A stretch of 64,000 nucleotides of DNA from Neoconidiobolus thromboides FSU 785 (taxonomy: Eukaryota; Fungi; Entomophthoromycota): NCBI GenBank assembly GCA_025603075.1, contig MU626302.1, positions 60,443 to 124,442 of the forward strand, in the 5' to 3' direction. The notes beneath the pieces are model-generated. The model made no database searches. It was not told the origin of the DNA and saw nothing but the letters and a program-made list of their open reading frames with translations. Every line of letters starts with the position of its first letter. The first letter of the stretch is position 1. The position numbers and the translations under genes are program-made. Below, in pieces: positions 26,434 to 37,807 of this stretch.

Positions 26434-27308
26434 AAATATATTTTATTTTCCAAGTTGATTTTTTGGAATTGTGTTGAAAACAGGCCCAACTTCTGGTGGT
26501 GATATCTTTGATATTTTATTATAAATCTAATAATCTAAAGTCATAACTTTGCTTTATAATCCATCTTAGGTTATTTATCCCAGTTTTCGAGTTGATTGGA
26601 CTTTTATTGTTGGAGTTAGAATAAATTTCAATGTGTCATAAACATCGCTTTCATCTTATATAATATATAATGGAAGTAAAATAAACAGTTTATTAACTAT
26701 AATATGCTATAATATGTAAGGCAAAATGATAGTATAGTTTATAATGGTACTCATAGCGTATGGATGATGGGCTATAAGTTTTGAGATCAAGGCTATCTAT
26801 TTTATATTTAATAACTAAAGTTGACGATTATAGTTTAAGGATACCAAACTATATGACTAACTGTAAAGATATCTATAAAAGAATAGCTAATATTTTATTA
26901 AAAATGCTACAATTCGACTTTCAAACATTCAATACTGTATTTTTTTTATCTGTAATAACACAGCTTATAAGTATTGGCTAATAAAAAAGTTGTAGTCATT
27001 TTTTTTGTATAAAATTAAAAATCAAATTTTTATTTAAAGCTACAATTAAGTCTATAATATTTAACTCAAGTGCTATATTAAATAGACCGCCACAACTCAT
27101 AGTTTTATTATATTATAGCATATTGAAATATCCTTCTTACTTTAAACTAACGACAATAATGAATAGGATTTCATACATTTTCTATTTTGAGCCAATAAAA
27201 ACAAAGAATCGAATTTGTTAGCCAAGTTGAGTCCAATAATTACATAACCATAAAACTTTCAGCAAGAAATCGAAGTCGCCCCTTTTCGTCTGGGTTTTAT
27301 TATACAAT

Positions 27309-28093
27309 ATGGTAAGTGAAGCAATCCATTAATATATAAAAGTCGAGTCTTATAACGAGATACATCAAAATGAATTCAGTGTATATAAAATAAAAGAGGA
27401 CGAAATAAGTATGAAATATGAATTTAAAAAGATTAAATCAAATAAACGAGAATAATATCAAGAAGAAGAGAAAGAAACACATCCATTATAATATCCTAAT
27501 GATACACTACCAATAATTCATTAAGAAACATAGTCTATTGACGATCAAAAATAAGATTTAGAAATTAACAATTTTAATAGTCTTTAGTAGTACCTGAAGC
27601 CAATCAATTCCAGCACATTTTACGTTTACTCAACACCAATGTTGATGGTAAAGAAAAGATTATGTACGCTTTAACCGCTATCAAAGGTATTGGTCGTCGT
27701 TACTCTAACTTAGTCTGCAAAAAGGCTGATGTCGATCTTAACAAGAGGTAAATTTAAATCTATTATCAAAAACGGGCAGAAAACTAACCTTAAATAAGAG
27801 CTGGTGAACTTACCAATGATGAACTCGAACGTATTGTTACCATTATGCAAAATCCTCTCCAATACAAAATTCCAAAATGGTTCCTTAACAGACAAAAGGA
27901 CACCATTGACGGTACCTTCGGTCAAGCTGTTTCTAACGGTCTTGAATCTAAGCTCCGTGATGATTTAGAACGTCTTAAGAAGATTCGTGCCCATCGTGGT
28001 ATCCGTCACAGTTTCGGACTCCGTGTCCGTGGTCAACATACTAAGACTACTGGTCGTCGTGGTAAGACTGTTGGTGTTGCCAAGAAGAAATAG
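27309..28093 (+). CDS. RPS18: 40S ribosomal protein S18 (uS13); ATG-only first exon
   Basis: ATG|gtaagt (intron 27312-27580), [24 protein letters not shown]...DLNKR|AGEL (intron 27748-27798)...[21 protein letters not shown]. The stop is TAG unspliced, or TA|A if the downstream intron is spliced. Confidence 0.97.
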
Positions 28094-28248
28094 TAATATT
28101 TTTTATCTATTGTTTAATATATTTTTTGGAATGATGTTTTAATACTTATCTACATTACCTGAATGATTTGTTGAAAAAACTGTATTCTGACGAAACTAAT
28201 ATCATTTCACCTTGACATTAAGAATTGTTACTTATTTTATTTTTTTAG
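28093..28248 (+). other. Putative terminal intron of RPS18 that splits the stop codon and hosts a snoRNA
   Basis: AAA TA|gtaata donor, CTAAT at 28196, T-rich tract ending ttttttag|A. Splicing would rebuild a TAA stop. Confidence 0.6.
28126..28195 (+). ncRNA. Box C/D snoRNA, U34/snR62-like, guiding an LSU rRNA 2'-O-methyl-U
   Basis: Box C-like ATGATGT 28131, D' CTGA 28159, C'-like ATGATT 28163, D CTGA 28187. The 13-nt guide CTTATCTACATTA (28145-28157) is complementary to conserved LSU UAAUGUAGAUAAG (recalled sequence). Confidence 0.8.
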
Positions 28249-28868
28249 AACAACTAATCTCTTGATAAACCTCTGGTAACTTAAAATAAAATATTTAACA
28301 GGGTATTTATTTAAATAATGTTTCGGATATTCGAAGGTTCATTTTTACTTAAAACTAATGCTATTTAGATTACATTATTGTAAGAAAAATAAATATCGTT
28401 CAATTATTGTGTAAAAGTATAAGGTATAAAAACTGGGGAATTTAAAATAATTTTTGAAATCAATTATGCCATTAAATATCGTTAATGTGTAATAAGGAGC
28501 AAGCCTGTATAGGTAATGCGCTGTTTAAACTGGAGTTAAAAAAAAGAGATTTGACAACAGTTTTTTAAAAGAGACAACTGCGATAGGATGAAAATCCTTT
28601 AAGATTAACATAACTGGACATCTAAATGAAGGATTCAATGATAACTATTTTTAAATCTTTGCCTTTAATACTTAGATTCCAATTGATTATTTATATAATA
28701 AAATAATTATATTACTCTGTATGTTTTACGATTCATTTGAACATAATTTTACACTATTTAAAAGACACATTTTAGCTAATATTTATGAAATCTAGATTTT
28801 AAGATTTTGATGTAGCTTATTATACTTGGCAATAAATATATAGAAAGATAAGACATACCTTCCTTTTT

Positions 28869-29976
28869 TCAAAAAGGGATGTATCTTTCTTGATACTTTA
28901 TTTCTTCTAAAAACTGCTGATTTTTTAATGAAAAGGTAGATTCTTGAATTGGCTGATCAGTAGTGTACGATGGTAACTCGCTACCATTAACCATTTCAAT
29001 TCCATTATAATATTTCATTAGAGTTTTATGCAGGCCACTTAAACCAAAATCTAACTTATTGTTATTAGAGTGGGCTTCAATGCTATCTATGCTTTTAAAG
29101 TACAAATCACTTCGCTTTTTAAACTTTTTATACTCCATTTTTGAATTTTGGTGAGCTATCATTTCATTCCTAAGCCTTTCGTCTACAGTTTTGTAATCCC
29201 TAAAAAATGATCAATATTCGTTCTGATTAAGATGAAGTCGGATTACTCAATAGTCTTCCTCATTATCTTGCTATCTTGTTCAAAACTTTCTCTTCCATAA
29301 TACATTGGATTTAATAAATTAGATATACTAGAGTTAATATTGACCCCTTGTTTAATAAGTGCTGAGATCTTCATATATTCTTTTGTAATAGTCATCAAGC
29401 CCTCAATTTCTTGTTTGATTTCTCGAGTCTCTTCTGGCTCTTTCATATTCTTGGCTTGTTCCAAAACTTGTTTCAAAAATCCTATTTCTTCATTTAATCT
29501 CTGCTGCTCTTCACTAATATCTAGCAGTGATTTTTTAGCCTTATCCCTTTTGGCACACAAATGATCTTTTTTGATATTTAATGAATCCACTTTTTTTGTT
29601 AAATGATTAAGTTCCTTTTCAGCTCCGTCTATCTGATAGCTGCTATAATCAAAACTCCAATCGTGAAACACCTTTATAAGGCTCCATAGATTAATATGTT
29701 TATCACAAGCTGGACAAGATTCTACAAACAATTTTTTTCTAAAGTAATCATTTATACTAAAACTTAATTATATTAAACTCATTCAATAGTTTTACCATTT
29801 ACTATGAAACAGGTGTCCGCCTTTTTTAAATGAGTTAATTTTTTTTCGTTTTTATTTAACTAATATTTACATTTCGTAGAACAAATGTCTGAATTTTTAG
29901 AACCTCCGGAATCATTTTTGTTATCATTCGGTGGAGGAACATTAAGCCCAAGGAGACAGATATTACAACTTGCCAT
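28869..29976 (-). CDS. RING-H2 + coiled-coil protein (paralog 2), 4 exons
   Basis: MASCNIC-x28-C|GHLFHSKC|INDYF...CPAC. The 29243-29731 and 28869-29162 ORFs join through a phase-2 intron (TIE|DYKTV). Confidence 0.82.
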
Positions 29977-30474
29977 TATTGATTTAAATTAAGAATTTAT
30001 TTTGATTATTGGAGCTGGTTTTAAAAGTCATAATGCAAAACATTTAAATATTGACGAATAAAATACATAAAAGGATTGAGGTAGCTGCTAAATGCATAAT
30101 AATTTGAATGATTGGATAGTTAACTTTATTGATCACATTAGTGAGGTGACTTCGAGCATTTTTGAGTAATGCTATTGTTTTCAAGTAAGTAGGTAGCTAT
30201 ACTACAGCTGTCACAAATCTTTTTCAAACTATTTAGACGTAATTTTTACAGTTAAATAATATAAGCTAACCTTCAAAACTAATCCTTGTTATGAAGTAAA
30301 TTTTACCACAAGTTTTACTCCTAAATGAACTGTTAAATAGTTCAAAAAAGAGCTGCGACAGCTGTAAACAATGCTTTTCTTTTAGTTAATAGTTAAAAGA
30401 TAAAAGTTCGTTTATTCAAAAACAAAAAACTGAGCTAATGCTTTTTATTTTCAATCAAGTTGAGCTTTAAAAGA

Positions 30475-31545
30475 ATGACAGAATGCATTATATGTAGTGG
30501 CTTTCTGGGAGAACATGAAGTGTATCATATATGTAATTTATTAGATAAAAAAGATACGAAACTGACGTCATCAGCCAGTTTAACGCCATGTAAACTTGTT
30601 ATTCTGAGCATTACAAACAACTAATAAAGTTTTAGGTGGCCATATCTTTCATACTAAATGGTAAACTCCAAGTTAATTTTATACATCATTAATATTAATT
30701 TTCAGTGTAAATAATTGGCTAAGACAACGAGTGGGTCGAGGGGATTGTCCAATATGTAAAGCGGAGTTACGCTTTAACAAATTGATTCCACTCAATATTG
30801 AATGGTCAAGAAATCCAGAAATAAATGCAATAGCCGAATCATACACGCATGAATTGCTAAGCCAAAGAGTAAAGGTGGGGGAAATTAGTAGTGAAATTTC
30901 TATTATTCAAAAAGAAACACGTGTGAGTAAAAACAGATATAAGGAGGATATAAAAAAAGTGGATCGATTAAAAGCTGAGATAGATTCGATAAAAGCACAC
31001 ATCTCGTTATACAAAAGCAAAGACATACATTATAGCTTTGAAAAAGTAGTTACTGAACAAAAAAAAATAGAGCTAGAATGGCTACTAAATAAGTTTAAAG
31101 AGATTTTTGAATGGGAAATTGATGTCAATTCTTTTAGTGATATTTTAACAGGAGATATATATGATGGAATCGATGCTGCTAAGAATCATGTCAAAATTTT
31201 TGAAAGAATATTGACGTAACTTTTATTTATTTATCAATTCAATTAAATAATTTTAATAGACATGGGGCATATCTAAAAATGATTTTGGATAAAGAAAAAG
31301 AAGAGCATGATAAACTTAAGGAAGAGTACAATAAGTTAGTAGAGAAAACAACGGCTAAGTTAAAGTCTTTAAATTTATCATCAAATTCGCCTGAGATTAC
31401 TGATAAGTTTATGGATGAAACAGCTAGCAAAGTAAAATCTTTAAGTTTATCCAATTCACCTGGAGATCATAATGAAAGATTTAAGCTACTTCCCCAAACT
31501 AAACATAAAGGTTCGGAGGCTAAAAATAAGGATAGATTTAAATAA
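30475..31545 (+). CDS. RING-H2 + coiled-coil protein (paralog 3), 4 exons
   Basis: MTECIIC-x31-C|GHIFHTKC|VNNWL...CPIC. The 30731-31219 and 31279-31545 ORFs join through a phase-2 intron (ILT|HGAYL). Confidence 0.82.
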
Positions 31546-32238
31546 ACGTCTAAATATATATGTAATAATTTAGCTGGGATGTAATGAAAATCGGGTTCAA
31601 TATTCTTGCTATGAAGATAATTAAAATAAACCCGAGTGAGCAAATTTACTTAGTGTTTCTCTTTATCATTTTTATCATCTTCCTTATATAAGTTGAAATT
31701 TAGGCGAGTTGAGCAAATTTAATATTAATATACAAAGTATTTCATAAAGAAAAGGTTTTGTTGAGATGTGTTATTTTACTAAATATTAAACCACTGTTTT
31801 TAGTTAACATAATACAATAATTTAGATTCGTTTATTAAATATGCATTTTACTACATGCTAAAATATGATCTATAGTCATTTTTGACAAAACCTTTAATAT
31901 TAACCAAACTTGACCATACTTGTTATGAAAATTGTCATTTAGCAACGTTACGTTCTTTGTATAATCTAAACTAATATTTTAGCTAAATATTGCAGCATTT
32001 TTAAGTGCTTTTGATAGAAAAGATATATAATGCTGGAATTTGGGACTGAAATAGCATAAATATGTATATATCATCGACTATGTTTAGTGTAATTTATTTG
32101 TTATATTAATAAAATAACGGTAAGCGAACATGAATTCATGTACGAAAAACAATTTAAAACACACTAAAAAAATCAGAATTAATGAAATAACTTAAAATTT
32201 TATAAACTTTTTTAAAACAGGACGTAAAAATAACCAAA

Positions 32239-33912
32239 TCATTTGGCAGCGTTGGTGGATGCTGCTTCTCTTATGTAATTTTCTACTTTTTTGCATGCTT
32301 TAGGATGTCCATTTTTAGCTGCCCTTTTAAGATAAACTAAGGCCTCTGTAACTGATTTCTCGATCCCTAATCCATGAAGGTAGCACTCATATAAATGATA
32401 AAGCGCTTTGGAGTTATTTTTCATTGAAGCTAATTGGTAATATTCATAAGCTCTAGTATGGTTTCCATTTAAAGTGTAATGTATTCCTAAATGATCCATG
32501 GCATCCGAGGATCCATTCTGGGAGGCTTCAGTAAAATAATCTAATGCTCTTTCTCGATCTTTGCTAACCGCATAACCCCAATAATAATAATAGCCTAGGA
32601 AATAAGTAGCTTGAGGAAGGCTGTACTGTGTATGAATGTATTGAAACTTATCAAATGCTTTAGATCTAGATTCTGTAGTAGATTGAGAATGGAATTTTAA
32701 TGCTTCCTCAAGAAGTTCCTGAGGGTTAACTACATCTTTTTTTATCTCGCGATAATTTGCTAAGCTAAGTTCTAATATGTTAGTCTCGTAGATAACTGCC
32801 TTTAAATCATCTATGGTAGTTTGATTTACTTTTTGATGCTGTAAAGAATCCGGCTCTTCTAGCATATCATCTTCAATACCAGACAGATCAATATCGGAAA
32901 TCTCGGACTGATCCGTTTTTATACTGGAAGAATTTAATTCGTTTGACTTGGGAGCTAGTCCTTTTTTTATATTAACATTGACCTCAGGTTTTTGAATTTC
33001 CTTTTTGATGTTAGTTTGATCATTATAAAAAAAAGAGTCTTCTATAATAAGTGGTAATGACATGTCGTTATTTAACTCGATGTGTGCTAAAGTACCCTGG
33101 CCTGTTATTTTGGTTTGATTGAAGCTATAATCTTCTAATAGAGAAGGTATATGCCTAGTTCCAATAAGCATAGAATCGGTTTTTCTAATAGGGATTGACT
33201 TATATTTTTGGGCGTTTGCTAAGTCATCTACTAGGTATTCTTCATCAAAAGAAAGGGCAGTTCCAGGTGGGGATTTGGACAGTGAAGTGAGCGCAGAGCT
33301 TTTAGTTTGAAATACGTTATTAGGATTATACTCATTAATGGACTCTCGTAAAGTTGGCAAAGCATAGGTACCTTCAGCTATATTAGGGAGCTTCTTTGTA
33401 TATGAGTTCATTCGGTTATGTCCTGAGATATTACCTTCAAAATTGATAATACCGCTATTAATATCTATTGCAGGAACTTTACCAACTTTTTGAGCAGGTT
33501 TTCTTCCTCCGCCCAATTGAGATATTTTATTAATAGGAACTTTTTCGATTGCTTTTAAAGCTGTATTGTATTTATCCAAAAGTTCTTTCAATGAAAGCTC
33601 ATATTTTGAATATTGCATTATCCTAGTAAAAGAGTTAAGATTATTAAAAAGGTCAATTACATTCATGCATCCTTCAAGTATTGAGTTGTAGTTAGCAATC
33701 TCGGAATAGTACTGTGTGTTTTCCAGCCAAAGGGTTAATATATCACCATATTGATTTATAACTGAACTGATCAAAGTTTGGCCTTCCTTGCATATATCAA
33801 TTAATGGTTTAAAAAATCCACGATTATTAGGAATCAACTCGCAGTTTCTAGTCACCTTTACAGTGAGCTCATTGGCACGAACGAGCCCTTCATAGCAGTT
33901 GTTACACTTCAT
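32239..33912 (-). CDS. Sel1-like repeat protein with N-terminal helical domain (intronless)
   Basis: C-terminal ATYFLGYYYYWG..V.KD.ERA..YF..AS..G, AMDHLGIHY and ALYHLYECYLHGLGIEKS..EAL.YL.RAA..G repeats; helical N-terminal ~125 aa; low-complexity middle. Confidence 0.85.
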   Translation of the reverse strand: MKCNNCYEGLVRANELTVKVTRNCELIPNNRGFFKPLIDICKEGQTLISSVINQYGDILTLWLENTQYYSEIANYNSILEGCMNVIDLFNNLNSFTRIMQYSKYELSLKELLDKYNTALKAIEKVPINKISQLGGGRKPAQKVGKVPAIDINSGIINFEGNISGHNRMNSYTKKLPNIAEGTYALPTLRESINEYNPNNVFQTKSSALTSLSKSPPGTALSFDEEYLVDDLANAQKYKSIPIRKTDSMLIGTRHIPSLLEDYSFNQTKITGQGTLAHIELNNDMSLPLIIEDSFFYNDQTNIKKEIQKPEVNVNIKKGLAPKSNELNSSSIKTDQSEISDIDLSGIEDDMLEEPDSLQHQKVNQTTIDDLKAVIYETNILELSLANYREIKKDVVNPQELLEEALKFHSQSTTESRSKAFDKFQYIHTQYSLPQATYFLGYYYYWGYAVSKDRERALDYFTEASQNGSSDAMDHLGIHYTLNGNHTRAYEYYQLASMKNNSKALYHLYECYLHGLGIEKSVTEALVYLKRAAKNGHPKACKKVENYIREAASTNAAK

Positions 33913-35026
33913 TTATAATAAATTCGAAACAAATAATAATAAAAGAAAGTAACCTTATTTGAAAATGTACTGTTTATTTATGATTAACTTAGAACACTTG
34001 ATTTACTTGGGTTTTAATAAAGTAAATGTTCTTGAAAAGGATAGGTTTACTTAATATAGAAGCTTCATTAAATAGTAAAATAAAAACTTGAAAATAAATC
34101 AATTTATTAATATCGAAAAAATTAAGAGTAATAAATTGAGATTGAATTTACTAAAATTAGTATTTTCAAATCATTTTTATAATATTATTGTTCAAAATAA
34201 AAAAAATTGTTCATCGTAGTACAATAGCTACTTGTTTAGGAAATCGTATTATTGGAGAGTTAATTTATTAAATGATAGCAGTAATTAATTATAATGATAA
34301 ATTTATGTTGGTAATCTGAATATATTCATTTACAAAATATTATAATAAACCTTTAGATTCTGCATTTGGCTTCTTATAATAGTTTAAAATAAGTCTAGCA
34401 ATGATACTAACAAAGCTTTAAAGACAAGTTAGTAATTTGGATAAAGTCTAGCAATTTGATCTATAAGCTTTCTACAGCTTTTGTATACTGATAGATAGTC
34501 GAATAAGTAAATCAACATTATATGTGGCTTTTTTGAAAGGCCTATATCTTATTTTATTAACACCTGTACTGCATACTATCGTTCATATATGAATCTTTGT
34601 TGATTTTAAACAACAGCTTTAGAAGAGAATGAATTTAAATTTTGATATAACTTGGGGTTCCTATTAAATCTCTTAATGATAATACACTGATTGTACTTTT
34701 GAAGACTAAACAAAAGTTTCAAACAATTTAGATCATTTATTGGTTCTTTATTATAAAGTTTGGTATTAATTGAATAATTAAAAACTATAGATATCACATA
34801 ATGCTCTCATTATTGTTATTAATTAAATCCAAATATTCGAACTATTTTATAAATTTTAGCTATAAATTTAGCCAAGAAAGATTGATACAAACTAATTACA
34901 AGTTCCTACATTAAAAATATAAATTTACTGCTACATTGAAGTGTATAACAACTAGAAACCAAAACTAATATATATTTATAAAATAAAATTAATAGATGCA
35001 TATTTTTTTGTTTAATTTATCTATAG

Positions 35027-36025
35027 ATGAGATATAATATTATTTTTTTGATTCCTATTCTTGTTATTGAATTGATAAGCGCTACTCCAGCCCCAGCTGG
35101 GACTGGGGATGACTTACACAGCTTATGTAACTATAAGAGCAAAATAGGTTCCGCTATAACTAGAGAGCAGTATAGCGATATTCTAGCTGATTGTGGAAAA
35201 AAGTACAATCAGAAAGTCAAGGAAAAACCTAATAATCTATCAAGCATTAATTCCCAATGGTTTGAGATCAATAAAGAAATAAATGCTAAAAAAGAGGGTG
35301 TTTCTGATGGTACTGAGCGTAATAATAAAGATAAATCTGAGTCCAAAAATCTAAATACTAAGCCCAAGCCAACTATAGTAGATGATATATCATCTGCTAA
35401 GCTATTCAAAACATCAACGACTGAGCCAACCACAGGATCTGTTACTTCAGCTACTCAGTCAGCTACAACAAGTATAATAGGAATTAGTGAACTAACATCT
35501 AAGTCAATTGTAAAGTCTAATTTGCCATATTATTTATCATCTGCTACTTCAACTGCTCAGCCAGTTGTAACATCTAACACTCCATTTAAGTCTTCAACTA
35601 CTGGGTTAGCTGTGATATACATTACGTCAACTAAGACAAATAGTGGGTCAGTTCATAGTTCAGATTCTAAACTAATTGAAGCTGATTACTCAAGAGAACA
35701 AATCTATAATAAGCCAAGTAATATAGATTATCTAGACAAACAAGAGGAGATTTATTCTGATGAAAAACTTCCACAAAATACTGAAAAAGCTCAGTCTGAT
35801 TTTAATGGTCGAAAGAGCTTACGCCAACTTTGCGGCTTTGGTAATAAAGTTGCAGCAGTTAAAAATGACGATGATATTAATGCTCTATATGCTGAGTGTG
35901 GTGGTACATATGATGAAGTATTAGCTAATGGTAACTATGATTTAGCCCAGCTTAACTTAGAATGGTCCTCTATTCAAACTAAGATCAATGAGGCTTTATT
36001 TAAGCTAACAGGGGTAGGAAATTAG
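35027..36025 (+). CDS. Secreted protein with two copies of a 2-Cys helical domain around a Ser/Thr-rich linker
   Basis: Signal peptide MRYNIIFLIPILVIELISA; repeats LHSLCNY...DCGKKY...W..I...IN and LRQLCGF...ECGGTY...W..I...IN. Confidence 0.8.
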   Translation: MRYNIIFLIPILVIELISATPAPAGTGDDLHSLCNYKSKIGSAITREQYSDILADCGKKYNQKVKEKPNNLSSINSQWFEINKEINAKKEGVSDGTERNNKDKSESKNLNTKPKPTIVDDISSAKLFKTSTTEPTTGSVTSATQSATTSIIGISELTSKSIVKSNLPYYLSSATSTAQPVVTSNTPFKSSTTGLAVIYITSTKTNSGSVHSSDSKLIEADYSREQIYNKPSNIDYLDKQEEIYSDEKLPQNTEKAQSDFNGRKSLRQLCGFGNKVAAVKNDDDINALYAECGGTYDEVLANGNYDLAQLNLEWSSIQTKINEALFKLTGVGN

Positions 36026-36236
36026 TTTTTCATATTAAAGGATATTTTTTATAATACATTAAATATGCTTTTTATTTTTTATAATACAAATCTGGGTTTT
36101 ATAAACCAATTTTGCACATAATATAGAAGTCAAGTAGTATGTACACTTTTTAGATTTAGAAAATAAAAATAGTAAATCAATGATTATATATTATGCCAGT
36201 ATTGAACCAATTTTAATATCAAAAATAATTTTCAGT

Positions 36237-37807
36237 TTAATTTTCATAAATTTCGAACTTGACAGTAGGTTCATGTGCATTGATACGATCAGTGAAGTTA
36301 GTGTTGAACAAAGCAAGTCCTGGAGTCAACACCCCTTTAACTTTGAGAGTACCATCGTATACCTTGAAAATAAGTAAATTTAATAGATTATTCTTTAATA
36401 AAAACTACCTTTTCCTTAAGTATAGTTAAAGCTGCTACGGCAGCTGCTTTAGAAGTGAAATTATAACCAGGTTCTGGACCAGAAAACTTTGCTTTTACTT
36501 CAGAAACTATAATGATATTAAAACAATACTTTCAGCTATACTAATATATCTAACCTGAATCCGAGCCAGCCTTTTTGCATTTAGCAATAAAAGTAACATT
36601 AAAGCTGTCATTTTTAATCCCTTCTAAGGATGGTTTACTCATATCTAAAGGTTTGAAAACCCCTAAAGTAAAAAAGTGTGGGTATCTCAATATTAAAGAT
36701 GGGCCAAAGGGTAACTTCAATATGATACCGCATATAATTGCCATGAAAACCGCCGCAATAGTATGGAATAAGTTTTTGAATTTAAAATAGGACCCTATGT
36801 TGCTAGCAGGCAGAGATGTTATGCTACTTTCAAGATCACAATTCTCACTTTGTTTTTCTTTATGGATAATGTTTTGTGTCATATTTACTACTGGTCCATC
36901 AGCCATAGGAAAAGGGATGACATAGCCATTTATTCTTGGTTCAAAAGCAGGTAGTTTAGATCGTGATAGGTTATTGGGTGGAGCTGGAGCTCTTGGAAGG
37001 AGTTCCTAAAATTATTAGAATTAAAACCCAGCAAATAGTTAGTACCCACCTTGAATTTTTTGCGGTATGGATTTCTTTGAGTCATAGCTAACATTGCACA
37101 TTCAAACGTAGTGAAATTACCAGACCCACTATAGCTTTTAACAATAAATTCTACGAACATATCAATCGATTGAGGCTCTAATCCCTTTCCAACTAAATAC
37201 TTTTTTAATAATAAAGTTCCCAAATCAGCTGGTGTGGAATCAAAGCCACAGCAGTGTACCAATGCTAGGTCTTTTCTCTTAGCCTCATTGTTAAATTCAC
37301 AGTATGAATTTTCAATAAACCCTACTTCTCCAGTAATATCCACATAGTGAGATTCTGTATTTATACAGGCTTCTAAGACTTTTGGACCATAGATTTTGTA
37401 CTGTTTTTTAGAAATGATTTTAATAGTTTAAATTTTATACTTACTGGTCCAACGGCGCTTAGGACTACTTTTGCTTGCTCAGTAACTTGCATAAGTTGCT
37501 CTAAGTCGGTCACATCTACAACTAAGCAATCGACGCCATCATTGAAAGAAGGATATTCATTTAAGGTGTTTTTTACAAGATCTAAAAATCAATACAGAGT
37601 GTTTCAATTTCATATAATTTTACCATTCAATTTAACAGAGTTCCTTCCAGCTATAGCAATCTTTAGATGTTTTTCTTTTAATGAATCCCAATGGCTAATC
37701 TTATTGACATCGCTCAGGATATTTACTAATTCCTTAAATATGAAGCTTCCAGTAAATCCAGTTGCTCCAAGTACAATTATATCGTATTTTTTTTTGTCCA
37801 CTGCCAT
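36237..37807 (-). CDS. Saccharopine dehydrogenase-like oxidoreductase (SCCPDH family), multi-exon
   Basis: KYDIIVLGATGFTG, IAIAGRN, VLSAVGP|, YVDITGE, VHCCGFDSTPADLG, SGPEPGY, GVLTPG. Introns reconcile the ORF fragments. Confidence 0.92.

Noticed and set aside
27312-27580. snoRNA in the long first intron of RPS18
   Set aside because: No convincing C/D box pair or H/ACA hairpins; the sequence is mostly A-rich.
36906-37030. Apparent premature stop or frameshift in the saccharopine-dehydrogenase-like gene
   Set aside because: A GT-AG intron after ...KKFK restores a continuous frame (ELLPRAPAPP...FPMADGPVV).
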